Shown: in pieces, positions 50,784-62,843 of the stretch
Position numbering within the stretch: the stretch's first letter is position 1
Layout of the letters: each line of letters opens with the position of its first letter
NCBI GenBank assembly: GCA_025201805.1
Contig: MU619248.1
Location: 248,001 to 312,000, forward strand
Reading direction: 5' to 3'
Source of the DNA: Parasitella parasitica NRRL 2501
Taxonomy: Eukaryota > Fungi > Mucoromycota
Length of the DNA: 64,000 nt
Program-made: the position numbers and the translations under genes
The notes under the pieces: model-generated
Databases searched by the model: none
Told to the model about the DNA's origin: nothing
What the model saw: the letters and a program-made list of their open reading frames with translations, nothing else

Positions 50784-51756
50784 CTATTTACAGTAGCGAT
50801 CAGCCTTCATTTTTTCTCGTCTATCTAGCAAAGCTTCTGCAAGACGACCATCAGTTTTTGCTTTTTTCAATTCACGTTTATCTGCCAGTGTGTGATGCAC
50901 TTTCCCCCCTCCCCAGGACTGATACTTTTTACTAGATGAATATTGCTGTTAGTTTTACGTGCAGACATAAATCTGTTTTTTTTAAAAAAACACTTGCACA
51001 TTATCCATCTCAGAGCCTGTTCCATCTGATTTCTGCTTCTTTGACTTGGACTTGTACTTGAATCTGGACTGGCAGTAAACTCGAAACGATTCGCAGAATC
51101 CCACATCGTCAGCATCGGCTCGAAAACGGACGCCTCCACCAGCAATTTCGTCTGCCATCAAGAATTTACCATGAACGTTTTCAAAAGCAATACCTGCATC
51201 TGATACCGTAGGCTTCCACTCTTCTTGCCCTCCAATAGCCTCACTATCGCACGCTACAACCCCAAACTTATCGCTGCTCAGGTATTTGCTGTTTGCGGAT
51301 TTGAATGTGAATGCGTTTGTGGATCCTGTAATACGTGAACCAACAAACACCTGCTGCATGATGGTCGGCTCAGGTGCCGTTTCAGAGAGATTTGGAATTG
51401 GATATGCTAGGAACCGATCGTCTTCATCTACAGTAAGGCACACTGGGGGGTCGCTTGGATGTGTGATGAATAACGGCCCGATTAAGTCTTCTAAATTGTC
51501 TGCTCTGACCCAAACTTGACCATATGGACTAATGTAAGTATACGTGCTGTGTGCAGCACATTAGATTATTCGCATACCTTGGTCTGTCGTTTCGTCATGT
51601 CCCTTTTCTTCGTTTTCAGCTGAACGATGCTTTCTCTTTTTCTTACTATCGAGCAGTTAGATGAATGAGGCTTGAGTTCTATTGCTATATGCCTTACTTT
51701 TGGTTTTTGTCTCCTTTGAAGATGAGTTTGCTTTTCTTTTGTGCTTTTCCAGACAT
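50784..51756 (-). CDS. FRG1: FRG1 homolog (fascin-like; 4 exons)
   Basis: KLIFKGDK, FKSANSKYLSSDKFGVVACDSEAIGGQEEW and C-terminal VKKYQSW...EALLDRREKMKADRYCK. Confidence 0.92.
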
Positions 51757-51799
51757 AGGAAATGAGGCGTTTATTAAGAAAAAGAGCAAGCTTTTCTTT

Positions 51800-52560
51800 T
51801 GCGAGAGCGTGCAGCTTTAAATATTGTCACTCGCAACAGTCAAAGTGTAACTGATTGGCTATACATGTGGAGGTCTTTGATTCATCAGCAGTTCAAGTAT
51901 GCATACGGAGAACAACTGTAAAATTCTTCAACATCAAGACAGATTCGCCATCTTTACTAGCCTTTACAACATGAATAATATCTTGCAGTTTAGCTAGGTC
52001 CTCAACAAGCGTATACTTGATCTCAAAGTCTGGCACAATTCTGGTGGCATCCAGTACCCGTGAGCATCGATTTCAACTGTTTGCATGTTAGGCTAAATGA
52101 TCAATGACCTGAACCGGTGTACACTTCCCATCCTTCAGCGTCAACATAGTCCAGCAGAAATAGCTGCGATTAGCTTCGTAAACTTGTCGAGATGTTTTAC
52201 AGTTCTTTTAGTGTCAAGGCGAGTGTCGTAAACGCTCTCTTGTGTTCTTGAGCGAAAGCGCCTTCTTGAGATACACGATTTTGAGATAGAGTTGATCCCA
52301 CAATTGTACAAGCGTATCGAAATTTAAGGTTTATCGAGAGCAGAAATGCATGGCTCCAAGCAAAATCATTTCTCAAATATACCTTGGTGATAAATCTGTT
52401 CCTCGTAGAGAGCTGCTTCTTGTATTCGTAAAATAATTTGAATTCAGTCTTGCTTCAGGATCATTCCAACTTCTACAAGTCGATCAGCATTCGTTGGCTT
52501 GCTGAGGGCCATTAATGTAGCAGATGATACGAAAATACAACTTCTTCAAAATATTGGGCT
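51800..52560 (-). pseudogene. decayed coding-like fragment of unknown origin
   Basis: More GC-balanced than neighbouring intergenic DNA; protein-like minus-strand stretches (ALSKPTNADRLVEVGMILKQ; ATRIVPDFEIKYTLVEDLAKLQDIIHVVK) broken by stops. Confidence 0.3.
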
Positions 52561-53849
52561 TCATGTGGATAGCTAAGATGCGTATTTATTCGAAAGAGTA
52601 ATTTTTTGCTAGTGCTAAACTAGATAACGCCAGTCAAGGCACATAGATGACCTGCGCAATTTGCAGGATTTGTGTGCTCAGGAATACATTCTCTATTTAT
52701 ATCGAAAAGTGTCTTGACAGCATGTTTTAGGAAGCTCGATATTCAATATTGTGATAAAAAAAATTGTTTGCTAACTATAATTATTATCAAAAAGAAACTT
52801 TATTCAAATTGGCGTCATATCCGATATTTAAGCTTATTTTTTCACTTGGATTTAAATCATGGCGAAGGTTTACATATTTGAGAATTTTGCTACAAGTATC
52901 ATTGAGCCAAATTATTTCAAACAAGTCTCCAGCTTGTCATAGTTTTGTTTTGATAATATTGGAAGCTTATTTGGGGAATTGAAACAATGCTCTATCAATT
53001 TTTTGCCCATCTTGTGAAACGTACGTTTTGAAAGTAATCATCTACATTCATTTACGAAACAACAATGACATTCTCTCAGGGTTACAGTACGATCGAAGAC
53101 AGAGCTTCACTTTGGTGGATGAAACCATTCAACGTTTTTCTCGATTAAGGTTTGTACGAAAAAAGAACTGCAACAACCCAAACAAATCTTTAAATCTAGT
53201 AACATTTGACAGATCTACTATATATGTGTGATACCTCTTTTTTTTTCCCTTTTTTCTTTTTCTCTGCACATCTCTTATGTTTGATAATCATCCAATATCT
53301 TTTCTCGATTGAAAAATCGATAGCGATCATTTCATTAGCTGAAAAGGAGTCGATATATTTTTTGAAGAAGCAGGAAAACTGTTTGCTAATGAAATTCTCA
53401 TGTTTGATTTTTTATTTGATTTTTTTGTTTAGTAGTATGATGATGTTATCTCTGTGGTTACGAGCCAAGCGTTATTGATAAACAATAAAGATATCATCAC
53501 AACTCAAAAAGATATACAGAAGAGCTTGGCTTTCCGTGTTTCTTGTAGATCAGCTATAATCCTGTTACAATGACAGCTGCTAGCCGTGATTGAGGTTGTT
53601 ATGAAACATTGATAAATACATGCAAGTACAATGTTTTGCCATTTATTCTCACAAAAGGCTGTTGGGAACACAGAGGCGTCATGCAAATAAAAATGATAGT
53701 AATTTCTTCATGTATCACATCAGTCTCTTTTTTTTCTTTTCTCTCTTTCTCTTTCTCTCACACTCTCTCTTTCTCGTTTTTATCTTCTTTTTTTTTTCGA
53801 ATTGAAAATACATAGTTCTTCATCTACTATACCAAATCAAGAATTCTAT

Positions 53850-55109
53850 ATGCAATCGTCCGATTATTACCAACCCAATCTACAGCATCCGTACATGTTG
53901 CAACCAGCAATGGTAGATGGTCCTGTCAGTCATCTTGGCGCTGAAGAAGACGATTCAGATGGCAGTGGAATACCTGATAAAAGATCCGGTAGAAGAAAAA
54001 TCAAGATTGAATACATCAATGATAAATCAAGAAGGCACATAACGTTTTCTAAAAGAAAAGCTGGTATTATGAAAAAGGTAAAGTATGTTGTACACAAATA
54101 GAACAATAGATTGCTGACAAAGTAATAGGCCTATGAATTGAGTACGCTGACAGGAACCCAGATTTTACTCTTGGTTGTATCTGAAACTGGTCTCGTTTAT
54201 ACCTTTACTACGCCAAAACTTCAACCGCTTGTTACAAAGTCTGAAGGAAAGAATTTAATTCAATCATGCTTGAATGCTCCTGATCCAATTGAACCTACTT
54301 CTTTGTCTTCTACAGATCGCAGCCATCAAGAAGCACCTCAACAATCTCGATCTTTCATGGATTCCAATAATCCAACTATGTCTCCGCCCACGGTTAGTAC
54401 CCATAATCATTATTATTAGGTAGATAGAGGGGTCATATAAAGTGAAAGTAATATTTCATTAAGTGTGGCTACATATATAATTGTGTGCAAAAAATATCAC
54501 TTGTGGTTAGAGAAACGTTACGTATACTGTATATTTACGACAATTATGCGTTCACACACTCACATTTCTGCCCGACTGATCAACACATACACTTACTATA
54601 CATCTATCTACCTATTTACTACTAGTCAGTTTTACTATATGAATTAGAGGGTGAAATCTTATATTTTATATATTAAACACTTCCTTTTTTTCTATAAAAA
54701 AAAATCATACATAGACAAGCAGTAATCATTATCGGCCAAGTCAAACTTCAGATGCCAATAGTAACACTTACACCGATGACAGAAAGGTATTTTTTGGTGC
54801 ATTTACCCGCTGCAAAGACTAAAAATAATTACATGACAGAGATTTGGTACTATGATTGCTGCTAATCCTCCTTTAGTATTAAATAGCGCTTTACGATCCA
54901 GTTCTGAGCATCAGCAACAAATGCCATCACATTACAGCCCCATGGCATATCCATCTTACGATAGTAATCCAGCAGACTCAAACACATCATCCACTGCCGG
55001 TTCATTATATCCTTATAATTTGTCAGCTCAACCAGATAATATCAGATACTGGAATAGCAATACACTTTCCAATAACGTTAATATACGCAAGCGTAATGTT
55101 AAACGATAA
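53850..55109 (+). CDS. MCM1: MADS-box transcription factor, SRF/Mcm1 type (4 exons)
   Basis: GRRKIKIEYINDKSRRHITFSKRKAGIMKKAYELSTLTGTQILLLVVSETGLVYTFTTPKLQP...GKNLIQSCLNAP. Confidence 0.92.
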
Positions 55110-55448
55110 ATAGCAGATGAGATCTGCAAATAGTGTACAATATTACAACAGCAATCATGCTGCTTATGTACCACAATGAATGTCAAAATATCGAATGATT
55201 ATTACAACTAAATGTCTATGGAAAAAATGATATAAAATAGCCACCGCATTCAATAATAAAATATTTATTGTGTATGTTCAACCAAATTCAAGAAGTACAA
55301 GTCTTTTTTTAGCAAGGATAATGGTACACTGCATCGTCATGCATTGGTCATTTGCAGAGGCAATAACTAAACAATGTTCAACAAGTGATGCATAGGTTGA
55401 AAAATAGAGCATCTTTGAAGACAAGTGCGTTTTCAAAGTAGCTCATGA

Positions 55449-55925
55449 TCAGTTCGCCCTGGACGCTTCCAATCTGATTTCGGCACCATTGTCATAGATA
55501 TCAACGCGGCCGCCTGTTTCAACGATTATTTCCTTCCTAATTCCTGAATATGCAACCTAAATAATAATTTCATTGAGCTTTTGTTTCTTCCGAGACGAGT
55601 GACCTACTAAGTACATACATATACTTGTAATTGCGTATGCTTATCCCCGTTAATTGAGTTCTTGCAATCAGGGGAATCACAGCACTTGGAGGATTTTGGA
55701 GGAAAAACACCTAATGAGGGACTACATATAATTACAAACAAGCTTATATGCAAAACTGAAGAATACTTACCCTTTTGATTTTGCAACTAAGTTTAAACCA
55801 CCTTGCGTAACTTCTACATTTTTACCACTATGATTGGTAACACAGTATGCCTCCGTTTGTTTTGCCAACAATAAGGTGTGCATTAGTAGTACAGTTGCGA
55901 TGAAGCTTTTAATTTTGAATCCCAT
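55449..55925 (-). CDS. small secreted cysteine-containing protein (about 120 aa, 3 exons), absent from the ORF track
   Basis: MGFKIKSFIATVLLMHTLLLAKQTEA|YCVTNHSG...SKCCDSPDCKN...VAYSGIRKEIIVETGGRVDIYDNGAEIRLEASRAN*, joined by two canonical GT-AG introns. Confidence 0.7.
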
Positions 55926-56741
55926 TTTAGATGTTTGATTTATTGATTTCCGTTAAGAAGAAAAGAAAAAAGAAGTATCAGAGAGCAAGCATATTTATAT
56001 CTGCTCGAAATACTTATTTCCAATAAAGCACAAAGAGACATATTTATATTGTACCGACCTGCGGAACAATGAAGTTTCTCAATACAATGAATTTTTGCTC
56101 TAAAAATGGAAGAAAAACGAACATAGCACATTACATGAGGTACCATTCTTTGTAGCTAAAAAACGAAATGCGCAAATTTTGTCCGTTTTTAAGAAATAAA
56201 CGAACTATCTCACAATCCTTACTATACGTTATTTTCAAATGATCTTACATCCCGCAGGAACAACGTTTCAGTAATAATTTTCGTTTCGCAGAATACAATT
56301 TTCATCATTATTCTGACTCCTTTTTCATGGCAATCATTTATGAATAGAGTTAACAATGAATTGTCATGTATAAGAAACCATCGAATTGAATTCTACTTAA
56401 ACTAAATTCGAAGCAAATAACTTATCGTTAAATATAAATAGGTCTTGCTTTGACTAATACCATGCTATAATCTTGTTTTTCGGTCAATTAATATATATTT
56501 CAAAGATGATCTAATCGTATTCATAGATTGATTATGCAGATTCATTCTGTATAATTAGGCAATTTCTTCTCAATCGAAAACGTCCCTAGTTTTGTATCTG
56601 GCAAATTAATAGTATTTATTTTTTTCTAATTTCTGTTTAGAACTTAAACGATATTAATATTTAAAGGATAGAAATGATTTTATCCTATAGAGCTGATTTG
56701 TCGCTATATTGTTGGATAAAAAAAAGATAATAAAAACCAAA

Positions 56742-57363
56742 TGTTAACGAGATACGAAAACTTCAAGATACTTTATTTAAGATCGAAATTGCATCTGCTA
56801 TTTATACTTTTTACAGCTACATAAATTTATGGTGACTTATTTAGATTCCTAATTGACAAGACTAATTCACAGTGACAATCTACTTGACAAGGTACGATTG
56901 AGGTTATACAACAAGGGCTACCCGTCTTTGATCTGACAGTGCCCTAATCTTTATCTCGGTGCTCAGATCTGTGTTCTACTGGAATAACCTTCTTGATTTG
57001 AAACATAGACTTTATTCTCCAATTTACACAAGCGTATCACATCACATCATTGGACAATCTTCAATCTTTAATTGAAGTACATTGCCATGATCTCCTGTCT
57101 ATAATTATGGCAGATCATATATTCTCCAGACATTTCATGATGTGATATTATTACTCAAATGAATATATACTATACTTTAATGTCTGGCTTCGAATCTCTG
57201 ATGGTCAACAATGATAATTAGCAACGTAAATATCTTCAGTTTTAGTATCATCATCATAAAAACTCATATTATATACTTCGTAAAGTCAAGGATTTCAAAG
57301 CTTCGAAAATTACAAGAGGACAATAGAAATAGGTCACGTGATTTATTATTTTAAGCTCCGACA
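56742..57363 (-). mobile_element. solo LTR, family A (622 bp)
   Basis: TGT...ACA ends flanked by a CCAAA direct repeat (56737-56741 and 57364-57368); minus-strand TATAAATAG followed by AATAAA; second copy at 34.3 kb. Confidence 0.72.
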
Positions 57364-57717
57364 CCAAAAATGCGAACGTATTTTTTGCAGATAACTTTTG
57401 ATAGACAGGCCGCCCAGTGGAAAGCAAGTTATGCTCATATAGCGATGATCATGCCTGTACTTATGGCACCTAAGACAGTGATTATTTTGGTCTTTATCGA
57501 AGTCTACCTTTGATTTTATTCAATTTTTGCATGGTTTGGGCTGACAATTTTATATACATGATTGAAAATATGGATTCGAATGTTGTTGCCAGAGAGTGCC
57601 AAGTCAACATTAATTTTGCTAATTTTGATCACGGTTTTACGATTAATTTGTCTGAAATGTATGATATGCTGATATGCCTATTAAGTTAGAAGTTGAAGAA
57701 TTGGATGACCACGATAT

Positions 57718-58026
57718 TGTTGTGGCAATGTCAAAGGGCGCAGCGTAATGTTACGTATATATGATTTGTATAAAGTAATAAAGACTTTTCTGAATAAAAC
57801 CAGATACAAAACTGAAGACTTTTATTGACATAAGAGTTGATCTCTATTTATGCTTAAATATATCCCAATCAATGTTTATCGACATAACATCTGATGTTTG
57901 ACAAGAAGTGTCAAACCTTATTGAACCTTGCAAGAGGTCCAATTACAACAACTTGTAGCTTATTCAAGATCCTTGCATTATGGCTAAGTTAGATATGACG
58001 TATGTAGCCTTTATATGGATACAACA
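57718..58026 (-). mobile_element. solo LTR, family B (309 bp)
   Basis: TGTTGT...ACAACA inverted termini flanked by a 5-bp TSD GATAT (57713-57717 and 58027-58031); second copy at about 36 kb. Confidence 0.85.
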
Positions 58027-58787
58027 GATATAGCTAAATTTGAGTAAATACTTCGAAAATTTGAAGGTAGCAAATGTTTTCAGTTATAGATCGATTTGTG
58101 TTGATAATTTGTGCTTATTATAAAAAGTTGTTTGGTTTAAAGCAACCGCTTACTCAAAGTATGGCACATTGAGGACATGAATTTTTTGAATTTTAAATGA
58201 CACTTTTATTTGGTATAGTCATGCAAATGAGTAATACTTTCGTTGTTTGTGTTGTATTGGTGGTAGAAAATACAGTAAAAATGTATTTGTGCGCATTCAA
58301 AAGAACAAATGAAACTATTATTTAAAGATTATGGTGGATAAACCAAACAGAATACACGTACTTCCAATCATTTTATAATTAGCATTAAGAGCAGCTGTAA
58401 TGTCATGCATGCATTGTACAAGGCAATAAAAAAAAGGACTCTTTGAAAAGAGAAGCTGCTGATATAATACACACTATTTGGAAAATGCAAAGAAGCATAT
58501 CGGCATTTTTGGGCTCTAACTTTTATCCAAAAATTTCTGTGGTATTTTTCTGTCTGTAAGCTGATATTTTTACGGTATTGCTCCTATCGAATTTCGATCC
58601 CTCGTTCTATTCTACACACAGTGCTTTTCAAAATGATACAGATTCTGAACTTTAAAAGTATCAAATGTTCTACAAAATTTAAAAAAATGACTTCAACTTC
58701 TTTTCTTCTTTTTGCTTCGCGTTTGTGTCCCGCTTCTACCAACAACAACAACAGCATCAAGAACAACAAAAAGGTCGTCTATCCAGA

Positions 58788-60162
58788 ATGGTTTCTGTCA
58801 AATTACAAAAGGAAGAAAACAGAAAAGCTTTCCTTGAGGTGTTCCCTACTCTTGCTGATGAAGTTCTTCTCGAGCTCAAAAAATATAATATGCCTGAGGA
58901 CGCATATGAATGGACAAAAAAGGTAGATGTGCTTGAGTGTGTTAGAAGTAAGGATCGTTAGCGTTGGACTAACATGATGGGGATGCGGTTCTTTGATTTA
59001 GATGTTGTATTACAATGTGCCCGGCGGTAAGTACCGACTATTTTTTTGAGATCAAGGTGCCTATTCAAACCATCTTCATTTAGGCAAGTTGAACCGTGGT
59101 ATCTCGGTTGTTGACACAGTTCGTATTTTGAAGGGTGATTCTGTTAGTGATGATGATATATTCAAGGCTACTGTTCTGGGTTGGTTGATTGAATTCGTAA
59201 GTTTCGTATCAATATGCCATTTTTTATAATGGACTTAAAATCTGTCATAGCTCCAAGCATTCTTTTTGGTTTCTGATGATATCATGGACGCTTCTATTAC
59301 TCGCCGTGGTCAACCTTGCTGGTACAAGAGCGAAGGTGTTGGTATGGTTGCCATCAACGATGCGTTCATTCTCGAATCATGTATCTATATCTTCTTAAAA
59401 AAGTATTTTAAAAAGACAGATTACTATATCGAACTTGTTGAATTGTTCCACGAGGTCACTTTCCAAACTGAACTCGGCCAACTCTGTGATCTCATCACTG
59501 CTCCCGAAGATAACGTTGATTTGAGCAAGTTCTCTATCAAAAAGTAAGTGTTTGGAATAAGGTTGGCTTTACATGATTTGTGGTGTATTCAAACAAATTA
59601 TTTCCATCTAGGCATCAGTTTATTGTCATTTATAAGACTGCCTACTACTCTTTCTATCTTCCTGTTGCATTGGCCATGCATATGGTAAGTTGTCTGGACT
59701 CTATTTATTGATAAGGAAGGCTGAGTTAATTCATTCAAATAGGTTGGCATCAAAAATGAGGATGCTTTCAAGCAATCTCATGATATTCTGATTCCTTTGG
59801 GTGAATATTTCCAAGTTCAAGATGATTATTTGGATTGCTACGGAGCCCCTGAGGTTATTGGTAAAATTGGCACTGATATTATGGATAACAAGTGTTCTTG
59901 GTTGGTTAATCAAGCTTTGGCTTTGGCTAATCCTGAGCAGCGTAAGGTTCTCGATGAGAATTACGGTCAAAAGAATGCCGAATGTGAAGCCAAAGTCAAG
60001 CAACTCTACATTGATCTCGAAATTGAGTCTGTTTATAAGGCTTATGAAGAAAAGTCCTTCAATGATTTGAATGCATTGATTGAAAAGTTAGATGAGTCCG
60101 TGGGCATCAAGAAGATGATCTTTACTGAATTTATGGATAAGATTTATAAGCGTACTAAATAA
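58788..60162 (+). CDS. ERG20: farnesyl pyrophosphate synthase (6 exons)
   Basis: [53 protein letters not shown] and [26 protein letters not shown]. Confidence 0.97.
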
Positions 60163-60242
60163 TCTAATCTTTTTTGTTTCAATCTAATAATAAAATTCCA
60201 CTCATGTCCTATGCAAATCAACTTGACTTGGCATAAGGATCT

Positions 60243-60314
60243 ATTGGAGACTTATTGTGCATTAGTTGTCATGGCAACCAGTTTTGACATATTTTGACAC
60301 AAACCTGGCCCAAT
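60243..60314. promoter_or_regulatory. CCAAT boxes upstream of ATP5 (possible HAP/NF-Y sites)
   Basis: ATTGG at 60243-60247 and CCAAT at 60310-60314; short motifs that can occur by chance. Confidence 0.3.
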
Positions 60315-60514
60315 CAAATAGGAACCACTCGTCTCTGGATATCGGTTGCTTCCAGAGCACAATGGTACATCCAGAGTACGTCATCATGTTTAGCTGGGGG
60401 ACTGGCCCTGAGTTATACTGTGGGGAGGGGTTGCTGAAAAAGGACCCAAAGAAAAAGGAAAGCAAAATTAGTCAATCACCAACTCTTTTTCTGTAATTCT
60501 TCACATCGGTTAAA

Positions 60515-61491
60515 ATGGCTTCTCGCTTCACCCGTTTGACTACTTCTGTCCCCAAGGTAATAATAATCACAACTTTATCCAAAAAAAGTTTTCGATACTC
60601 TCATTCAAACATTGGAATGAAATTTTTAAAGAAAGCACCACGAAATTTATGAAACTGTTCGACTTATCAAAATACTAAAACGTTGAATTATCTCATAGTT
60701 TGCTCGTGGTTACGCCGCTGCTCCTACTTCTATCAAGGTAGATCATTCGAAACAACTCGGATATTGACATAGATTGGATAGTTAACTGTCGATTTCTCAT
60801 TAGGCCCCCATCACTCTTTTCGGTCTTGATGGTCGCTATGCTACTGCTCTTTACACCGCTGCTGCTCGTCAAAACTCTCTTGAAGCGGTTGAGAAGGACC
60901 TTAAGGCTCTTTCTCAAGCTGTTGAGAAGGATGCTGCTCTCAAGAGCTTCTTGGAAAACCCTACTGTTAACCGTGGTACCAAGATGGAAGGTATCCTCTC
61001 CGCTCTGAAGGTCAATGGCAAGCCCAACCAAATTACCCAAAACTTTTTCGAGACTCTCGCCGAGAATGGTCGTTTGGACCAAACCACCAAGGTCTCTGTA
61101 GCTTTTGCTGAATTGATGAGTGCTCATCGTAATGAATTGCCTCTTGTCGTAACCTCTGCCAAGGTAGGATCGAGTTCCTTGTATAATGATTAAATCATTT
61201 CTGACATTTTGTTGTTTATTTACTAGGCCTTGGATAAGTCTGCTTTGAATAAGATTGTTGACTCTCTTCAAAAGTCTAACCTCGCCGAAGGCAAGAAACT
61301 CCTTGTTTCTAACAAAGTTAAGCCTGATATTCTTGGTGGTATTATGGTTGAGATTGGAGATAAGAGCATTGATTTGACTGTCTCAGCTAAGCTCGCCAAG
61401 TTGAATAAGTTGATCACTGGTAAGTTGAACTAGAATTTCCTAATTACTATGGCTAAAGATAATAATATTCTTGATAATAGATTCCGTTTAA
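60515..61491 (+). CDS. ATP5: mitochondrial ATP synthase OSCP subunit (5 exons)
   Basis: Presequence MASRFTRLTT...ARGYA, APITLFGLDGRYATALY, LAENGRL, VTSAK and VKPDILGGIMVEIGDKSIDLTVS. Confidence 0.96.
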
Positions 61492-61769
61492 ATATTATAC
61501 TATTGCTCTTTATTATTATAAAAAATTCAAGAAGGAATTTATTCTTGTATACATATTTTGTCTTTACATTTCACTGGTTTTAAATTTAATCGAATGTTGG
61601 TAACTTTTATCTCTCATATTGTCTACAACGAATAACCGAATGCTAGAAAAAACTCATGAAAATCATGTACAACCTGCTTTTTTAAGTTATTTATATACTA
61701 GATATTTTGTGGTTTTTTGGAGATTTTTCTTTTGCACTCTTTCCCTCTTTTTTTCTTTATAGTTTAAAA

Positions 61770-62843
61770 ATGGCTTCCTTGCCGAATTCAATCGATAATA
61801 CTGCTAATAATGTCATTAGTCATCCACCGCCTACCTTACTAACAAATAATTATCCAATCGCACCCACCATCTTGCCTTCATCGAATATACCAACGCCATC
61901 TTTGCAATTAACGCTTAGAGAAAACATCCCCGTAGAAATTTCTTCCACAGCTTCAGTGCCATGTACCACAATATCAAACCATAATGATATTTTATATTAT
62001 TACCGGGAGCCATCCACATACAAAAATGGTCAAGAAAATCAACAAGGCATGAAAGAGCTTCTATTACTACTATATGACATACATAAAAATCCCATTTGGA
62101 AGCTAGAAAATCAAGATAGACACGGCATGACGCTATTATATGAAAACACAAAGGTTAAATTATCAACTACTCCGCCGCAATTTAGATTCACATTAAATGA
62201 TCAAGTATACCACTGGCAAATTCAACCACAAAAGTCTTCGTATAGTCTCAAATGTTTCCAAACTGAAAAAAAGAATCTGGTTGCTGAATTGAATGAAAAT
62301 CAATTAAGTCTATATTATCAAAACAACGGGCACAACCCGTTTCGAAAACTAACTCAAATCGATCATCATACAACACTGTTTATTTTGTCTGGGTTGTTGG
62401 TAAACCATTATCTCAAACACCTATTAAAATCGTTAGGCGGCGGGCCTGAAGCCCTGAAGATGACGGTAGATCCCAGTGAAGTTTATATTAGTGGTAGCAA
62501 AATAAAATCCTCTCCTGGTTTCCATCATGAGCAGGAGAATGACGAGGAGGAAGATGATGATGTTGCGAGTTTATCATACTATCCAGGACATCAAAGTCTA
62601 GTATATGTTGGGGACCCAAATAACAGATGGTCGTCATCTGCACAATCTTCTAAAAGCATCGAACTAGACCCTGGACTATGGCACTGCTGGTGGGGATATA
62701 CATTTTGGTGGTCTTGGTTCTCATGCTGCATGCCAGGTGGATATTGTGATAAAGCTCGCTTTCGATTGAAAGGGCATAATAGACCAAAAATAAGAACTTC
62801 TAGGACATTATCGAAACAAGGATGGCAGCAGCAACATTATTGA
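61770..62843 (+). CDS. hypothetical protein, intronless, with a Trp/Cys-rich C-terminal motif
   Basis: 357-aa open frame from the ATG at 61770; beta-rich central region and WHCWWGYTFWWSWFSCCMPGGYC motif. Confidence 0.7.
   Translation: MASLPNSIDNTANNVISHPPPTLLTNNYPIAPTILPSSNIPTPSLQLTLRENIPVEISSTASVPCTTISNHNDILYYYREPSTYKNGQENQQGMKELLLLLYDIHKNPIWKLENQDRHGMTLLYENTKVKLSTTPPQFRFTLNDQVYHWQIQPQKSSYSLKCFQTEKKNLVAELNENQLSLYYQNNGHNPFRKLTQIDHHTTLFILSGLLVNHYLKHLLKSLGGGPEALKMTVDPSEVYISGSKIKSSPGFHHEQENDEEEDDDVASLSYYPGHQSLVYVGDPNNRWSSSAQSSKSIELDPGLWHCWWGYTFWWSWFSCCMPGGYCDKARFRLKGHNRPKIRTSRTLSKQGWQQQHY

Noticed and set aside
60266-60480. Possible C/D snoRNA or U3 between ERG20 and ATP5 (minus-strand ATGATGA, CTCTGGA/TCCAGAG hairpin)
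   Set aside because: No matching D box or U3 boxes; adequately explained as ATP5 promoter sequence
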